IMG/VR virus record: IMGVR_UViG_3300007512_000010 | Location: 1 to 64,000 of that record | Strand: one strand, 5' to 3' | Source of the DNA: an uncultured virus (IMG/VR IMGVR_UViG_3300007512_000010) | Taxonomy: Duplodnaviria > Heunggongvirae > Uroviricota > Caudoviricetes | Length of the DNA: 64,000 nt | In this document: positions 62,201-64,000 of the stretch, piece by piece | Layout of the letters: each line of letters starts with the position of its first letter | Position numbering within the stretch: position 1 is the first letter of the stretch | Translations under genes and position numbers: made by a program | Notes under the pieces: generated by a model | What the model saw: only the letters and a program-made list of their open reading frames with translations | What the model was told of the DNA's origin: nothing | Database searches by the model: none

Positions 62201-64000
62201 TTTGGTAGTGAAACCATTACCGCTACACCCCCATGGTACGACGAAGATATTGGTTGGAATGTATACGATAGCGAGGGCGTCACCCTTGAGGTTGGGGGAA
62301 TAGACCCAGACCTCGTTCGAAGAGATATCCCTTTAGAAGGGATGGTCAGTGCGGCAGCTAGAGATGATGGTGGCGATAAAAACCCATCTTTAAAGCAGGC
62401 AGCTTTCGACCACTCTACGACGCCGCAAGAGAGCCAAGACAGGTCTATTCTTGGATCTATCGAAGCCACGGTGCTCGGTAACTACAACCACGACCTTGTA
62501 AATGAGGCAACCAGGAAGCTATACGGGCATGAGACAGTAACTATTGGCGAAGCCTACATGAAGACAGAGCACCAATTTGGTGTTCTTTCTAATGGTGTTA
62601 TTACCGGTGGATATTGTTTTTCTTTGGTGAATGAGAATGCCGGGGAAATCTTCCCTTCGGACACTTTGTTTGACCGGCTAAGTTACCATGATTTTGGTGA
62701 TTGGACTGCGGATGACGCGGATGGCGCTAAGCGTGGGCTTGTGTTTTGCGAAGCTTACGTTCTTCTTGGTGGGGCGAAGTGGCATATTCCTGCTGACGTG
62801 TACAATCTAGAGGATTACTCGGACGACCTAGATAGCCGGGAGTTCATGGTTTGGTTTGACGCACGAGCCCGAAAAGTTCTAATTAAGCCAATTGGCTCGG
62901 CTGCTGATATGCACTCATCCCCAGCCGCTGCTGACCCCTGGTTGTGGAGTCAGTACGATGAGGCGCATATTGTCCCGTTTGCAAAGGTGGTTACGGATAA
63001 CGACGGTTTTATCGAGGCCGTAATAAACCTTAGAAAGCCGATTTCGCGTGTCGATGAACGAACCAACCTATTGGTGGGGACCACCTCTACAGAAGAGCTA
63101 GCTTCACACATGAAGTTGGTGGATAGCGCTCCGGGCGAAGGCCACTCCCAGTTTGGTGTAGACGCACACACACAGGCACAGCTTCATTTTAAGAACGTAG
63201 GTGAGGCCCTTGTTTACATCGAGCACATGGATAACACCCAAGCGTACAAAGGGCGTAAGTGGACAATTGAGGTAGTTGGCTCTTGCCATGAGTTCGATCA
63301 CGAGGCCAGAGGGATCACGCTCCCCATGCGGTTCCCTGTGCACGGTATCAATCTCATCGGGCACAAAGGCGCAGACCAGTCCTGGCTGCATAACCGGGAA
63401 ATGAGGACAGCATATACCCACCCGACAGAACCAGCATCAGCGGAAGGGGTGTGGATGTCTTGGTGGCATGGTGCTGCAACCCCGACCGATGACGCAGTAA
63501 ATGACGACGGATGGCTCAGAATCCACCCAGGACATGGACCAGTAATTTATTGGTCTGAGGGTAAGCCGCTGTTCGATCTAAACAGCCGACAAGGTGTCAC
63601 TGTTAGAGATGTCAATCTCCGCTTCATCGGTGTAGACCACGGTCTAGACGAAGAGGCGTTTGCTGGGAACTATTGGGACACCGGCTGGGACACCGGTGTC
63701 GAGGACGGCCATAACACTCGGCCGAATGTTGCCGCCTTCATCTGCACCCGCAAGGATGGGGACCTGTCCATCCCAGCCATGGATCAGGATCGGGGAGGCA
63801 TGTGGACGGCTATTTACGGGTTACAGAGGCCCAACGCCGCTTTCTCAGGGAACTACTTATTTGAGGGGGTCACCCTCCACAATGGTGGAATCCTTTGTGA
63901 TTTCTACAACCCCACGACGTACACAAGAACCACCGCATCGTTGGACAACATTACCCTACGGAATTGTCGGGCTATCAATGTTACCCACGGTTTAGCGGCC
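59234..64000 (+). CDS. Very large putative tail fibre/spike protein, truncated by the window end (at least 1589 codons; not in ORF track)
   Basis: AGGAG SD then ATG 59234: MMSYKYFGRLVGKVSTGEKAL...YGEDATSLAFNRALAALATN. The same frame reads open where I spot-checked (near 60000 and the final codons NCRAINVTHGLAA); not verified codon by codon. Acidic and beta-rich. Confidence 0.75.
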   Translation, partial: MMSYKYFGRLVGKVSTGEKALTESAPANTLTPFDPQQPATKFMAYGEDATSLAFNRALAALATNIESISSVLNAITLKSAVISPMQLWNDDDFMSGGWTGEILWMRGSVVLSDNHDVGDQADMMNAALTTSDDLVRTGKTDLHLSGGTNASGRVPAQWVYVGQTPNELQRHVKFHRVEGQYGGGVPGGGGAVHPEGATDLSVVANPNETGGLQPIQDTHHTVCPSDVFENDTEYNSGTGYSYHQPKYKNQEQRFLTSQAASGIPLYIPPVKRIKTDLPPYSGNERYARIAEWDTDGLYIKDYSFDELYLKPGCFVEITGDGAEGAQAGNNGLFQIAEIVPADAKPPTGTGSKVILTRGGLHKVTVRDYMQFMEGEFVSWRTAPYHQDSGDPTDPESTALNPALRSNFAHIAFVVPRPDLLRDDRPDERPGDLYLSASTDTTRFVTKNYDGADGSYDWSRGVAHASGGVTTYNRYGGQRSRNSVGLPDKEDGAEQNWGLLPGTFLFHGHAHIWPEDHSAGEWGMAAAIGDIKFGSDVLGPDDGVHNGVVAAGEPVLFSLETAPGLIYGCAPSGFILNPVLTFQDGKSFYSGSYQAHIKTLSTVRENLLSAIKPDFFTEGLNLDAGLDFADAMKLRGWQSFLRTGTDAEIDKQTTVELPLGVGPGIPHPRNDGLNTTDSPTAQILGSSLWELYVECTVAGKPTLTEAWEDSTWGCWGDWVRFEHPDSNVGTHKFRRYAGKIISAVADPNNDQCGTIIVGSVHAEPEDDGPEHDHLTLVGPGGYPFQATDQNGTHGDAAGGSTFYTDGGDTWQVKYITKAPVVTNSEGVSFVPSHGLNAAYHNNFSANENMRYSGLVSPVDGRAVQSATGNTIYENPMRPFTLVLPNWQDWERFIWLRSDADHVTLVRLDSKHHDYDDVWSTNTEREQGARVRIGYGRLNAIAPRKQVDDDGDSEIDTIKSQDDSLTWASSTGYHYNVFGLDNWYAWAHGTVFGSETITATPPWYDEDIGWNVYDSEGVTLEVGGIDPDLVRRDIPLEGMVSAAARDDGGDKNPSLKQAAFDHSTTPQESQDRSILGSIEATVLGNYNHDLVNEATRKLYGHETVTIGEAYMKTEHQFGVLSNGVITGGYCFSLVNENAGEIFPSDTLFDRLSYHDFGDWTADDADGAKRGLVFCEAYVLLGGAKWHIPADVYNLEDYSDDLDSREFMVWFDARARKVLIKPIGSAADMHSSPAAADPWLWSQYDEAHIVPFAKVVTDNDGFIEAVINLRKPISRVDERTNLLVGTTSTEELASHMKLVDSAPGEGHSQFGVDAHTQAQLHFKNVGEALVYIEHMDNTQAYKGRKWTIEVVGSCHEFDHEARGITLPMRFPVHGINLIGHKGADQSWLHNREMRTAYTHPTEPASAEGVWMSWWHGAATPTDDAVNDDGWLRIHPGHGPVIYWSEGKPLFDLNSRQGVTVRDVNLRFIGVDHGLDEEAFAGNYWDTGWDTGVEDGHNTRPNVAAFICTRKDGDLSIPAMDQDRGGMWTAIYGLQRPNAAFSGNYLFEGVTLHNGGILCDFYNPTTYTRTTASLDNITLRNCRAINVTHGLAA

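Larger units (their letters stand above)
1..64000 (+). mobile_element. Segment of a large (jumbo-type) tailed bacteriophage genome: virion structure/morphogenesis region
   Basis: All credible genes are co-oriented and tightly packed, with ATGA/TAATG overlaps. Baseplate J-like, gp25-like, hub-like, fibre, endolysin and sigma genes are present; no cellular housekeeping genes. Confidence 0.85.

Noticed and set aside
154..63421. Numerous minus-strand and short alternate-frame ORFs in the track (e.g. 12471-13307, 2289-2852, 31414-31935)
   Set aside because: They overlap long + strand genes, show no recognisable motifs, and read like antisense shadows.
1..64000. Alternative genetic code (stop-codon reassignment, seen in some large phages)
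   Set aside because: Genes of up to 7.8 kb are open in the standard code, and TAA, TAG and TGA all terminate genes right at the next gene start.
1..64000. CRISPR arrays, tRNAs, rRNA, IS elements, inteins, reverse transcriptase/DGR
   Set aside because: I saw no regularly spaced nucleotide repeats or recognisable motifs, and intergenic gaps are mostly under 200 bp. By-eye inspection only.

Overview
The window is a continuous, densely packed set of about 38 genes, all on the + strand, and looks like the virion/morphogenesis region of a very large (jumbo-type, probably contractile-tailed) bacteriophage using the standard genetic code. Two protein classes alternate. (1) Very large acidic (D/E-rich) structural proteins: a baseplate-hub-like protein, a gp25-like wedge, a 2613-aa baseplate-J-like protein, a 2225-aa wedge-like protein, Gly-rich and LamG fibre proteins, a 2020-aa PKD/Ig-like protein, and an unannotated ORF of at least 1589 codons running off the right end. 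(2) A family of very basic proteins (1321-7614, 14597, 20610-28044) punctuated by K-x-A motifs (EKTA, KQAS, KVA, KMA, KEA, KLA). Four of these share a 13-residue N-terminal leader, MxxLEKxxxK[KR]xL. Two look like polyproteins in which enzyme domains (ART-like, GNAT, permuted NlpC/P60, GT-B glycosyltransferase) are bracketed by Gly-rich hydrophobic segments and separated by K-x-A. My main hypothesis is a protease-processed, capsid-packaged cargo/effector system. Also present are a PG-binding/CHAP endolysin, an Hc1-like histone-type protein and a sigma70-family factor. I saw no capsid, terminase, protease, tRNA or CRISPR array. All family calls come from motif recognition by eye, not database searches.
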